From Pseudogymnoascus verrucosus (taxonomy: Eukaryota): a DNA stretch of 64,000 bases. The DNA lies in NCBI GenBank assembly GCA_001662655.1, contig KV460208.1. One strand, 5' to 3'. The notes under the pieces are model-generated. The model was not told where the DNA came from. It saw nothing but the letters and a program-made list of their open reading frames with translations, and made no database searches. A program made the position numbers and the translations under genes. Of the stretch, positions 50,218 to 62,704 are shown in pieces (the stretch's first letter is position 1; every line of letters starts with the position of its first letter).

Positions 50218-52011
50218 ATGGCTGATGCAGAGGCTAAAGCTAAGGCGGAGAAGCTGGCGGCGGCAAGGAAGAGGGTAGGTGCTCAATGGGCGCGTACAGT
50301 GCGCGGGAGTTGGGAATGAGACATGCTGATACGAGGTGGTGAATAGGTCGAACAGCTGAAGAAGCAGAAGGGAAAGAAAGAAGGCGCATCAGCGAAGAAG
50401 CAAGAAGCAGCTGCAGAAGAATCGAAAGACAAAGCTGAAGCTGCGCCTGCAGAAAGCCCCGATGTAGAAACTACGAAAGCAACAGAGGAGGACAAGAGCG
50501 CAACTCCAGAGGAGGACACCTCGAAGGTCATCGACGACGCAGGCTCTCCTCCGCCTGCTGGAGGCCACAAGGCCAGGCAACCATCTCTATCAGTTCAATC
50601 GAAGATGCGATCCTCCTCATTCCGACAAGGTGCAGGTCCAGGACCGCTGTCTCCACCGATACTTAGCCCAGAGGGGGGTGACACAGCACCAGAAATCCAC
50701 CGCAGACAACAGGCCAAGATCGAAGAACTAGAGAGGGAGAACAAGAGGCTTGCCAAGGAGACTTCAGAGAGCGAGCGCCGATGGAAGAAGGCTGAGGAGG
50801 ACCTCGAAGAGCTGCGTGAGGCTGACACTGAGAGCAAGACGGCTGGATCGACAGCACCATCAAGCGACGAAGCACAAAAGCTAGTACGTATTCCAGCTCA
50901 CATCTAATAAGCACAATACTAACAAACCTAGAAATCCCAAGTCGCTTCCCTCGAGCGCCAAAACGCCCACCTCCAAGCCCAAGTCTCCCGCCCCAACCGC
51001 CACGGCTCCTCTCCTTCAGCCCCACACTCCCTCTCCCCGCCCTCCGACCTCGCTGCCGAGCTTGCCTCTAAATCAACAACTATAGAGACAATGGAACTCG
51101 AGATCTCGAACCTTCGCGCCCAGCTCGCCCGCACAGCCACTGGCTCCACAGCAGAGAAAGAGCAGATCGCCGCCCTCGAAGACAAAGTCTCGCGCACCCA
51201 AAAGTCCCTCGACACAGCACAGCACGAACTCGCAGACCTGAAAAAGAACCTTGAGCGCACTGCTGAACGTGCCGTGCGCGAAGGCTCCTCTCGCACATCA
51301 GCTGAGACGAAACTACGCACCCTCGAGCGCGAAGCCGAGGACGCAAAGACCCGCGCAGTTGACCTAGAGAAGAAAGTCGAGGCGCTGGAGAAGAAAATCA
51401 CTACTCTGACGACTCTCCACAAGGAGCACGACGCGCGCAGCCAAACACTCAAGCGCGAACGCGAAAAGGCAGACAAGGACGCCGCGGACCTGCGCACAAA
51501 GCTCGCAGCCGCGGAGGCAGCAAACCGCGGCGACGACGATGGCGTCGATGACATCGAGACGGAAGTCCGGCAGCGCCTCGAGCGCCGCATCCGTGAGCTA
51601 GAGGCTGAAGTGGCAGAACTGAAGCGCGGACTGTGGCGCGAGGGGAGGAAGGAGCTCGAGGCTGGCAGCCCAGGCGCACAGTTCTCGGATATAGACTTGA
51701 GTGGGGGTGAGAGGGCAAGGGGGGGCGGTGGAATCGGCGAGATGCTGAATTATGGAATTAATGCGCTGACGGGGGTGGGACAACATGGTGCTAGCGCGCA
51801 TGGCGGGCATGATGATGGGCTGTTGGATGATGATGAAGATGATTTTGATGAGGAGGCGTGGCGGAAGGCGCAGGAGGAGGAGGGGAAGAGGAGGATTGAG
51901 AGGATTAGGGAGGTTAAGAGGGGGTTGGATAAGTGGAAGGGGTGGAGGGTCGATTTGGTTGAGGTTAGGAGGGTTGGAGGAGAGAGGATGGGCGAGGTGT
52001 TTGAGGTGTGA
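50218..52011 (+). CDS. Long coiled-coil protein, probable Bug1/GM130-like golgin
   Basis: Exons 50218-50274, 50347-50883, 50932-52011. N-terminus KAEKLAAARKRVEQLKKQK; central heptad repeats; C-terminus KWKGWRVDL...GEVFEV. Confidence 0.75.
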
Positions 52012-52653
52012 TGTAAAATGAGTTGGCTTTATTGGATCTTGAACTGGTGCTACGGAACCTTACGGGGCGGAACTGGTAGGGAAGGAGGTGTTAGAGTGCG
52101 ATTACATGTTTTTCTTTATAGTTAAATCTAGATGTATATCAATGCAAAAAGGGATATATATCAAATCTGCCTCAGGCCATGATTGAGAATGTGGTCTAGC
52201 AAACTGTGTCTTCATTCTCTCCATCTGCTAGCTACCTATCATACATACTGCAACAGTGTCGCATCCATCCCCCTCATACAATTTCATTCTCCCTCCAAAT
52301 CAAGGGGTATCCTCCTGTTTGTCCCTTCGCGCCTCTGATTAAATTTCGTTCCACCACCATCGACATACTCCATGCGCCACCCCCACCACCGTAGTATAGT
52401 GATCCACCATATAACAAACTCCGCATATGCACCCAACCTCCCAAACTCAAAGAATACAAGCTCGTCCCATTCGATTCCATCTAGGACACGACCGATTGTA
52501 TGGAGACTGGCGGCGCTGCTGAAAAGCAAAAACGAGATAAAGACAGAGCGGAACAATCCTGTTGACGCGACCGTGGTATAAGAGGTCCCCAGTGCCAAAT
52601 AGCAAAACAAAGTGACCAACACAAAGAGGCCCTTAGTTAGTTGAAAGCCAAGA

Positions 52654-53644
52654 TCACATCATTGACGCGGCTGGCATTCTCGTAGCCTGTTGCGCCTGCT
52701 GCTGAGCATGGGCCTCCATCTGCTGTTGTGCCATCGCGCCAGCTTGTTCCTGGAGCGCACGGATCTGGCGCATCATCTCTTCACTTTGACGCTTCATCTC
52801 CTCGCCCTGGCGCTTCAGGTCTTCATTTTCAGTCTTGATCCGCTTGAGCTCCTCGCGGACCTCCTCGTCGCCTTCGCGCTTGCGCTTGCCACCCTCTCCT
52901 TCAGACTCTTCGGTGCCAATAGCTTCAGCGCCATCAGTGCCGGTGTGCACGCGGCGCAGGTGTTCGTTCAGGTTCTCCTGGCGCGAGAAGCCCTTTCCGT
53001 GGTGGCGCTTGCAGTTCATGTGGGGGCAGTTGAGCTGTTTGCGAGGGCCGCCGTGCTTGTGGTGGACCTCGCGTTCGTGGCGCAGGAGGCCGCCGGAGTA
53101 TGTGAAGCCTGGGAGTTTCGCGCATCCGGGGACGGGGCATTTGTAGGGCCGGTCGTGCTTATCCATGTGCTTTCTGGAAAAAGATAGCAGTTAGTATTGG
53201 GAATGCGCCTGGGACGATGAAAGGGTTCACTTACGACCACTCGCACTTCCTCCCGAAATCTTTGACTGCCTCATCACATCCAGGCCAGTTGCACACATAG
53301 CGCCCATTATCATCCTTCATCACCGGACGATCCGGCTTTGGTACCGCCTTCGAGCGTCCCGGCTCCTCTGTTGGTGGTTCGTTCTTCGGATCCAACGCGG
53401 CCTGTAGCTCACTAGCCATAGTCGCGTGAAGCTGGTATTCCGCGTTCGGGGGCGGAGTCGCATATCTTGGGGCCCCATCGGCGAGGTGTTCGTGTTCGTG
53501 CTCATCGTGGGTGTAGTCGCGCTCGTTGGCAAGCTGGTGGAAGGCGCGCTGCTCAGGGAGCGCATACGGGTGCGTCTCGAGCATCTCGCCGAGCGGAGGG
53601 TAGCTAAACTGCTGCTCAGGCATGGCGGTGATGGCGGAAGGCAT
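52654..53644 (-). CDS. C2H2 zinc-finger transcription factor (3 fingers plus C-terminal coiled coil)
   Basis: Exons 53644-53235 and about 53174-52654. CNWPGC...EWSKHMDKH, RPYKCPVPGC...LLRHEREVH and CPHMNC...FSRQENLNEHLRRVH. Confidence 0.92.
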
Positions 53645-55206
53645 CTGGATGGTTTGTACCTTGTTGTTGCCTCGAAGCGTGGCGGATTCGCGGCAGGATT
53701 CGTAATCTTTGGACTTGGCTTCACGATGGAGGCAGCGGCCTAACAACAATCGTGCGTGCCTTAGGCTCGCTTACGTTGGGATTTTGCAGGTTGGTGGATT
53801 GCGCGGCCGCAGCACGTGACTGTTGGGTGCCGGGAGTAACCTGATTGGGTTGGCAGAACAAAGCGCCGTCGAGGTCGAGGAACGGTAACTGGATATAAAC
53901 AGTCCGAGTGGATAAGACGCTCTGGCTGCGGCCTGTGTTGTCGTCCGTCTAGTCGTCTTCGTTGGGGCTGTTGTATTTTGTTTTGCGGCTGGTTCTTGGA
54001 CAAAGACGCTGTGGCTGACGTGGCGATTGTTGCGATACGTGCTGGCTATTGTCGAAAGTGAACAGCGGAAGATGGACTTCAAGTAGCCGCCGAACAGACC
54101 CAGGCTTGCTTGCAGCATGAGTGGAACTCATAGGTTGGCGCAGCGAAACTCTGTGCCTGGGGTGTTAGTCACATACTATATTTATGCCAGCCACCGCTTT
54201 GACGAGGATAGAAAGAAGATATTGCGCCAACGACCATTTTAGGCACGCCGGTATGACAATACCAGCAAGATCAACAACCGTATGGAAGGGACTCACGATA
54301 GATACTTACGAAGCCATTGATCGGGCCATAGACCAGGCGCAATGGCAGAGCTCAAGTGCCATTTCTAGGCATCTTGACTCCAACGGCGGCCAGCTCAACT
54401 GCAACCGCTTGTGAGAATCGCACTGAAGCTGTCTCGTGACCCTCTGCTCTGGTGTGCTGTTCACCAACCGCGGATATAAAGTTCAGGTTCCAGTCGATTT
54501 ATGGCAGGTGCCTAGAGTGGACTCATCGGCGCGCACTTGCGACCAGCCAGCATTGCGTTTGGGTGTTGGCAGCGGCGGTGGCCTTCTGGTGCCTACATTG
54601 TCATCCATGGCTTCACAAAGAACAGTGAAGCAACGATGCAAATGGGAACAAGCGTTTTTGAGTGTTTGGCCACAAAGATGTTCCTGGTGGCAGGATTCTA
54701 CAACGATGAGGTCTCCAGTTGACGTTGGAATTAATTCAATGCCTGATCGCAGCCTCAGGTGGATGTGATGGCCTGCACGAAGTGAATCCTCACTACTCAG
54801 GCACTCACTGTCGACCATCAACATGACAAGGCTCACAGTTATGTCGTTTTATCTTTTTACTCTCTATACACAGGACTTGGGATGAGACTCTAATGATCAG
54901 AGATTCTGTCATATTAGAGGCAATGCGACAGCAGCCATATCAACAACTCACTATGAGACAATGGCGGGGTTGTTGTACTCCGGCTCATAGTTACGACGAT
55001 TAAGGACAGAATACCTGGATACTGCTGGTCTGTCTATACAGCATATACCACCCTCTCTGTCCAGTCTCATAAAGAGCTTCTTGAAGTGCCTCAGAAGCTC
55101 CAACAACACCTCTCTGCTTTTCTCTGGCTTCCCTTAAAGTGAGACCCTTCATAACACAGAGGTACCATACAAAATCCCGTGACCCACCAAGGCGGGACCT
55201 GAATTA

Positions 55207-55224
55207 TTCTTATCGCGATAAGAA
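55207..55224. promoter_or_regulatory. Perfect 18-bp palindrome TTCTTATCGCGATAAGAA (paired GATAAG boxes) upstream of BMT6
   Basis: Read directly; about 270 bp before the ATG. A related CCTTATCGCCGATAAGG is at 32097-32113. Confidence 0.5.
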
Positions 55225-55492
55225 AATGCGATTTGTATTCTCAGCGGGGAAAAGAAACGCGGTGGTGATATTTGCAAGCGGCTGTATTGCTGCAACTAAC
55301 TATACATACCGATCTAACAGCCATATACAAACTTGCTGGGCAGGTTAAACGACTTTAAAGAAGCTGATAACGCCGGTTTCTGTGGAATAGGTGCCAACTC
55401 ACACCACGTCTCCAGTCCTACTCCAACTATCACCTCAGCAGCCTCGTTCCAACCCACAACGCATATCAGACCATCACCTCTCTCTCCTCACC

Positions 55493-56713
55493 ATGGTCCA
55501 AAACAAGGTCAAAGACACTCGCCGCCCCGGCATGCCCGGCTGGATTGGCCCTGGCTACACACCGAAAGCAGCCCGTCGGCCTGCGAATCCCCCGAAACAG
55601 GCCGCGCTTCCACCCCACCACTCTCCCATCCGTCTCGAACTACAACAACTCCTCCTCAACATCTTCCGCGATACCTACGCCCCGCTCCTCATCTCAGACG
55701 AACTCAGCCCGACGCTGCAAGAAATCAAAGCTGCCCTGTTCGAGCGAGACTTTGCGCGCGCGTTCGGCGCACAGAAATACCTCGAGGTATATGCTGCGAG
55801 ATGGAGCCCGAGTCGATCGCTATGCTATGCGTCTGTTCTCATAGAGCTACGTGAGCACCTGGACAAATTCGACATGTTTGCGCGCGGAACGAAACGCAAG
55901 GCAGCCGATCAAGATGGGGGAGACAAGGATTCAGATGCACGAGCAACGAGAATCGTCTGTCTCGGTGGCGGCGCAGCGGAAGTTGTTGGCATCGGGGGCG
56001 CCCTGCGATATCTCCTAAACGGTTCCAGGCCCTCACCTACCGATTCATCTGCATCTTCAGCTGAAACAGAATCAACCCCCGACCCCACCACCGAAGAAGA
56101 AACCCCAACCCCTCTCCTCTGCGACCTCCACCTCGTCGACACCGCCGACTGGGCCCCTACAGCCACCACCCTAACCACTGCCCTCGTCTCCCCACCTGCC
56201 CTCTCACCCCACGCCTCTGCCCGCGCCCGCGCAGCCGCTAAACCCCTCATGCCCGCCACTACCCTCCGCACGACCTTCCACCAGCTCGACGCCATCGCCC
56301 TAACTCCCACCCAGCTCGCCGACCTCGCCTCTCCAGAACCATGCATCATCACCCTCTTCTTCACGCTAAACGAGCTCTTCACCGCATCTACTGCGCGCAC
56401 AACCGCTATGTTACTCTCGCTTTCGGCCATTTCGCCTGGGTCGGTGATCATCGTCATCGACTCCCCTGGTTCTTACTCTGAGGCAGCAGTAGGCATGGAG
56501 GGAGCGGAGAAGAAAAAGTACCCTATGGCGTGGCTATTGGACCATGCGCTGCTTTCGCAGAAGGTCTTCGGGGAAGAGGGTGGTGAGGGGAAGGCGCAGT
56601 GGGAGAAGCTGATGGGAGAGGAGGCCAAGTGGTTTAGGTTAAGCGAGAAGCTGAAGTATCCTATTCAGTTGGAGGATATGAGGTTCCAGGTGCATGTGTA
56701 TAAGAGGTTATAG
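55493..56713 (+). CDS. BMT6: 25S rRNA (uridine-N3)-methyltransferase Bmt6-like (DUF3115)
   Basis: ATG 55493. EIKAALFERDFARAF, YAARWSPSRSLCY, CLGGGAAE, LFFTLNELF, DSPGSYS, YPMAWLLDHALL and WFRL...YPIQLEDMRFQ. Confidence 0.85.
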   Translation: MVQNKVKDTRRPGMPGWIGPGYTPKAARRPANPPKQAALPPHHSPIRLELQQLLLNIFRDTYAPLLISDELSPTLQEIKAALFERDFARAFGAQKYLEVYAARWSPSRSLCYASVLIELREHLDKFDMFARGTKRKAADQDGGDKDSDARATRIVCLGGGAAEVVGIGGALRYLLNGSRPSPTDSSASSAETESTPDPTTEEETPTPLLCDLHLVDTADWAPTATTLTTALVSPPALSPHASARARAAAKPLMPATTLRTTFHQLDAIALTPTQLADLASPEPCIITLFFTLNELFTASTARTTAMLLSLSAISPGSVIIVIDSPGSYSEAAVGMEGAEKKKYPMAWLLDHALLSQKVFGEEGGEGKAQWEKLMGEEAKWFRLSEKLKYPIQLEDMRFQVHVYKRL

Positions 56714-57035
56714 GTGGAAGGGATACGTGTCGGATGTATCCAGGCTCAGTAACGAGGTTACAGGCTTCACAGGTAAAGCGGCATTGCCAGCGAGAGTTGG
56801 CCAGGAGAAATTCCAGGTGACCCTATCTGGACTACCAACGGTTCAGTTAATGAACTTCACGCACTCCTCCGTTTGGAAGGCAGCAGCGAGAGACAACAGT
56901 TGTTCTGAGCGACATGCACTTCATAAAGACATGCCCGGTTGAGTAGAAAATGGCATCTATGGTCCTGCTCCCACATTATACAGGATACTCTGCTGGCTCT
57001 ATATTAGGCACATCATTCGTGCAACTTTTCCCAGA

Positions 57036-60000
57036 TTACGCCCAAACCAACCTCTTAACCCTCCACCCTATTAAATCTAGTAATCCGGTTGCCCTCTTTG
57101 CCTCTCCAACACCTATTATATCCCCCTTCTCCACCCGCCCCTCAATCCCAACCACCCGTCCAATCTCCTCTGCCACACTCCGGATCAACTCCTCCTCGCT
57201 CACAGGCGCCGCCGACGACCCTCCGTCTCCAACAACTGATGTCCGCGCCTGAAGAGCTTTGAGAGCAATGATCCGTTCCTCGCCTGGTTTTCTCCCTCTG
57301 TCCCCAACCGGATTCTCTTTATCCGGTGCAGCATCAGCTGCAGCCACGCCATCCAGCACTTCCCTTGAAGCCACCGTGGACAATGACCGCGTGTTCACGC
57401 GTGTGATATCATCAGCCCCGGCACGATACTTCACTACCATTCCTACATTCTTCTTCTCGTCGCATTGGGCCCTCGTCAGCGTGGCAGTGACATACGGCCC
57501 CCACTTCACTCCAGTCACATGTCTCAAGTCCACTCGCTCAAAGCTCTCGACCTTCTCCATATTCCAGTCGAAGCGGCACGCATACAGAGCTGCGTCCGTG
57601 AGAAGAAGTACACTCTCCTCCATGTGCCCTTTGACTGAGTTCGCTTCGTGCGGTGTGAGGAAGGCCCAACCGCCGAGGAGCTCCTCTGAGGCGTCCGCGA
57701 CGACGAGTTTATGGGAGATCTCGATGCCGCGCTGGCGGGTGCGAGAGAGGGAGACGGAGGGGTCGGCGGTCATGAGATTTGTGCCAAAGTCTTCAAAGAT
57801 CAGGGCGGAGACGCTGCCGACGAGAAAGTCGATTGTGGCTTGGGAGAAGTAATCATTCACGATTCTAGGTGTGTTAGTACTTAGGGCGCACAGGGATAGA
57901 AGTTAAGGATGCATACCCGCTGTAAAATCGTGAGATAGAGAGGCCCATGTCAGTCAGAGCCCCTCTGTAGTCCCTCTTCCGGGTCCGAGTGTAGTCTCCC
58001 TTCATCGCAGCTGTGCTTGCATACTGCTTACTCACTGCGTCGCCATTATCTGCCCACAGCACGTTGAACCACTGCGTCGTCTGATCCAGCTGGGCACTCA
58101 TATCGAAGCCTTCAGCTTTAAGTTGTTGCTCTAGCACCTGCCGCGCGACGGCGCTTTGCACTATGTTCGTACGATCAAGGCAATCCATACAATTTGTTCT
58201 CAGAACGCCGCTCTGCCTAGTCTTCGCATTACCTTCGCGAGAAATGGTATAGCCGAATTTTTCCAGGGAAGGAGAGAGTGAATCGAGGAGGAGCGAGACA
58301 TTCTCAAACTTCATGCCCCGACATACAGAGTGAAAATCGAACCATTCAAATAGGGGCTTCTGGCCGTTTACTCCGCCTTCTTCAATAAGTCGTTTCCAGT
58401 ATTTCTCGTACGCATCTCCAACGATACCTTCGTTATCATGTTTCTCTACCAAGTTCGTAATCGTTATGTCGCCATACCTCTCTGTCAAAGTCTCAAAGTG
58501 CTTCTTGAAAGCTTCGAAGTTTGTACCCTCAGAGTTCTGCATCTGAGGCACGGGCTTGAACGAGTATGGTGATTGAGAGAAGAAGACGGGGATACTGCCG
58601 CGTATTTGCACGAATGAATATATGGGCGATGTGGTCCACGTCGGCGTCGAGAGGATCTGTTCGGTTTCGACACTGTTGGCGCAGTGGCCATCTTCATCGA
58701 TTCCGCGGCGGAGATAGCGCAACCCAGCGCGTTTAACAGACCGCCTTGATATGAGTGTTAGGAGGTACGTGCTTGAAGGTTCGAAGGCTAAAGCTCGAGG
58801 ATCATGACCCGATATTGGCGACAAATCCGACGAATTCTTGTCACCAGGGGTATCATCACAGTCGCTTTCCACGTATTTTGGTGTGGTTGGACGGTCTGAG
58901 ATTGCGCGGGCAATCCTCTCTTCGTTTGGATGCATATCTCTCAGCTCTAGGATTTCTCCACCCGCCCCTGGCAGTTTTGCAACGGGGTATCTCTCAATCG
59001 AGAAAGACCGCTGTCCCACAAATCCCTGCATCAGCGGTAGGACGAGGGAATATTGCCCTGCATCGATGAATGGCTGAATGACGTTGCGATTCCAGAAGAA
59101 TAACGGGTCAACCTCCTCATGAAGGGGTAGATCTGACCCATTCTCTGACCTTGAATTGCTGACGCTCCTTGTGATATCATAATCATAAGCAAAGTAAAAG
59201 CTTCTCGACGACCCAAACAACAAACTTGTTGTTCTCAGCAATTTAGGCAACAGAGCCGCTACATGCTCATCTGTAAGCCCACTCTCCTCCCCATCCACCT
59301 CCGTTGAATTCGTCTCGCTCTTATTGTCCGCTGCAGATATCACGGGGGTTGCTGGCGTAGTAGATATCTGAGCATCACTCTCTGCATCCACACCAGCACT
59401 ACTCAACCCAACTCCCGCCATCTTCCTGTCCGGTGCCCAGCCGTTTCTGTTGAACCAATTTCGCGCAAACCGACCGTAGCCGCCTTTCTTCGCAAACACA
59501 TCATTCACCACGCTTGTGGAGCGTTTATGTAACCTCTTTTCCGGCGGGGGAGTTATGGTGGAGATCTCCTCGTCCTCGACGTCGTCGCTGCCGAGACCCG
59601 AAAGAACCGCCTCATCATCGCTATTGTTGCCTTCGTCTTCTTGCTCAGATGTAGCATTCCTTGACAACGACGTGTGTGTGCTCACCACGGAAGCTTCAGC
59701 ATCTTTCTGTGACGCAAGAGGCGTGAGAGCAACATCTGTCACGACGTAGATGGGGTGGTTGTGTAGTTGAGCTACTTGTTCGCGGCGCGTTATGGAGATA
59801 AGATAGGATGTTTGGGCGACTGTGAGGAGGCCTGGCAAGAATACGTTAACATGTGTCTCTTATATGCTTTAATTGGGGGCCAGATATGATATATACCGAC
59901 TATGCCAAAGGCCTCGAAACTTTTCCCGTCGCCATTGCCGTCGTTGTTCGCATTGGACAGGACAGGTCCTACTGCAGAATTCTTGTATGAAATCCTGACT

Positions 60001-60095
60001 GGCGGTGTTTGCCTTTGGCCCTTAGAAGCTAATGGCTGTAATACCAGCCCATCTTTCCTAGCTGTGATGTTAACCTTGCGCGCAATGCTGGGCAT
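57036..60095 (-). CDS. SacI-domain phosphoinositide phosphatase with C-terminal hSac2 domain (Sac2/INPP5F-like)
   Basis: Three exons (about 60095-59898, 59832-57917, 57864-57036). LISRRSVKRAGLRYLRRGID, ANSVETEQ, QIRGSIPVFFSQ, catalytic RTNCMDCLDRTN, WADNGDAVSKQYAST and LLLTDAALY. Confidence 0.93.
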
Positions 60096-60689
60096 GGTCG
60101 TCTATATTTCTATCTGCCCCTCGTCCAGGCGGGGTACTTGCGGTAATCGCTTGGTATCCAGGGCGACAAAGAGGGTTGAGATCCACAGCATATATCAAAA
60201 ATCTACGAGTATGCATAGCAACGCGCCACGATAGGTAAATAACAGATGTGGCCAAATAATTGTTCCAATTTCACGGCGCGGTGAAGGAGGGCATCACCAA
60301 GGTACCGGAGCCAGTATAGCCTGGTCTGGCGCTTATCAAGTTCCTCGGATGGCCGATGATCTCTGTCCACGTGCGATAAGGTCTGGGGAACAGACTCCCA
60401 TGACTTCGACGACATCCCACGGGGGTCATTCTGACATGTAGCATAATAGTAAGGCGTCGTAATGCTACGATACTGTTACAGAATGCTTGTCGAATTGGAT
60501 TGAAATGAATTGAATTAAAATATAATATCATACGGAATTCTCAACCATGGGTGCACTACGCAGCCAGCCTGGAGAGCAAAATTGTTAGTAGGGCAAGCAG
60601 GATTATAACATTTATCGGCTGTCTTAGTTCTTGATAATCCTCAATTCTTTCCGCGACTCAAAATGCCCAACCTACCCATCTGTTATAAC

Positions 60690-61889
60690 CTATTCTCCGA
60701 TTCTAGTAAATCCCGACAACTGATGCAGCGAACCTCCCAGCTGTTTACTATCAGATGAAACTGGAAAATCCCACCTTTCATAACTCTCCCACATCTGCTT
60801 CGTCCGTGGAGAGTCCGGGTCGGCATAAGGATTCCTAAATAAGACGCAAGTTAGACATAACTATAGTAGAGGAAGTGGAGTCAAATACCGGCGGGAGTTC
60901 CAGACAGTAGCACCCCTGAGGGCGATAAAAACAAGTGGCCGCGCGAGATCTGCAATAATCTGCTTGACTGGTGCCTTTGGGAAAGGTGAGAAGATGGCAG
61001 TCTCGTCATCAACCTCAGCAAAGCCTCCAGCCCCATATCCTCCTATAACTTCAAACCCAATACCTTTTATTAGATCCTTCGTCTTGTCACAGTAGCCTGG
61101 GTCCTGGGTGAGTAACCTTATCTCTCTGTCACTACTTTTGGCGCAAGAACGGATAATATTCGCCATCGTCAACGCAATTGCATGATGTACCAAGGCCCCA
61201 TCTACCACACTTGTCTCTAACTCTCGTTCCTTTTCTGGCAGAACGTCGTTCTGCATCCGCCACCAATCGGGTGGCTTGGAATATAAGTCACCTAATGCAA
61301 AGCATACGATATTTGTTATCTTCTTTGCATTCGCATCTCCCCCTATGGCCCTACGGAATTGCGATGTGAAGGCCTCGCAGGTCCGACTTGCTTCTCATTC
61401 CTGTTGCTTGGTGTTAAACAGCAACCGCGCATTCTCGATCGGCCCCTCGTAGTTGCGTACTGACTGATTGTTCCAGTCGACAAGATACGTGCAGTTGTTT
61501 GTCTCCGGTGGGCCGTCAGGTTTGCATTGTACAAGGAGCCAGTACTCTTGAAAGTTGACATACGGCTTCTTAGACATAATAAGTATACGTTTTTACTCTA
61601 TCAACTAGAATGAGACAAACAGATCCTACCAGATTGGCTTTACTACCCTAAACATCGGATTCTTGATGTGAACAACACTCCCATCAAGGCGACGGACCGT
61701 GAACTTTTCCAAGGTAAGCGATTCTCCGAGTTGCTGCTCAATATCAATAAGGTCTTCTCATCTCCATAGCTTTACCCCCGATTCATAGAGCTCAGTTGCG
61801 CGTTGGCTGCTATGTCTCCAGGGCGTGCACCCATACTCAAGCCATGGCTCTGGGACCTGGCCTCGTTCATCCTTTGCAAACTCCCCCAT
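60690..61889 (-). pseudogene. SRR1-like domain gene with premature stops (probable pseudogene)
   Basis: ATG 61889. In-frame TGA at 61760-61758 and at 61397-61395; first-intron acceptor appears damaged (TAA instead of TAG). Downstream ITNIVCFALGD, HHAIALT, QDPGY, GFAEVDD, VKQIIAD and a final exon NPYADPDSPRT ending at TAG 60692-60690. Confidence 0.75.
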
Positions 61890-62704
61890 GTTTTAGATGT
61901 TCGATCGCTTGCCAGCACTAACTATAAAGATTGGCATTCATATACATAAATAAGAAGATGAAATGATATGTTACCAGTGAGTGCAGCGCGTTTATAGGGT
62001 GGCGGTGAGTAGTCACTTCTCTGGAAACCCCAAATTAGTTAAGGCTGTAGGCAGCCTATTTACTGCTACAAGTATTTAAGTCGTGAAGATAGAGAGGCAT
62101 GATTAAAGATGCATGTGCTAACGTCACCTAGCACCGATAGGTCAGCTACCTATATTACAACACATAGCCACGTGTTTATTTATTCACAATTATTATATTT
62201 AAATGCCACAGCGTGGGTATCAAATGCCGCTATTATTCAGCATATATAATTCTCTTCCTTCCTATATGCATCTCTGTCCTCGGTCATATTCGAACCGCAA
62301 TTATGTGCAGGTCCAACTATCTACATGTCGAACTGCCATCCCGTTCCTCCGCCGAGATTTCCTTATTAAATAAATACACAATACACCCATATGCAACCAA
62401 CTCCAGACCGTTATTATCCGCGGAGTAAGTATGACGCCGCATACATGGCAGCAATGTTGCCTTTCCCAACCTTTCCTGGTTGCTATGTGCTGTTATATAA
62501 GCATGACAGCCTTTCCACCATGCCCCTAAACACCGGTTGCGCAAACATAACTTGACCAGCCCTCCGTAACCAGTACCCTGAGTGTTTTCTGCGCCGTGGA
62601 CGAATGACAAAAGAAAATCGTCGCTAAGCGCGCTAATATGTGTAAATGAGACGACCCTAAGGGATTTGTAGTGATTTCGAGGATTAAAAAAAAAGTAGGC
62701 TCTC

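Noticed and set aside
53645..53749. Non-ATG N-terminal extension of the C2H2 factor (similarly 55391-55492 for BMT6)
   Set aside because: Short open frames upstream of a good ATG occur by chance; no supporting evidence in the sequence.
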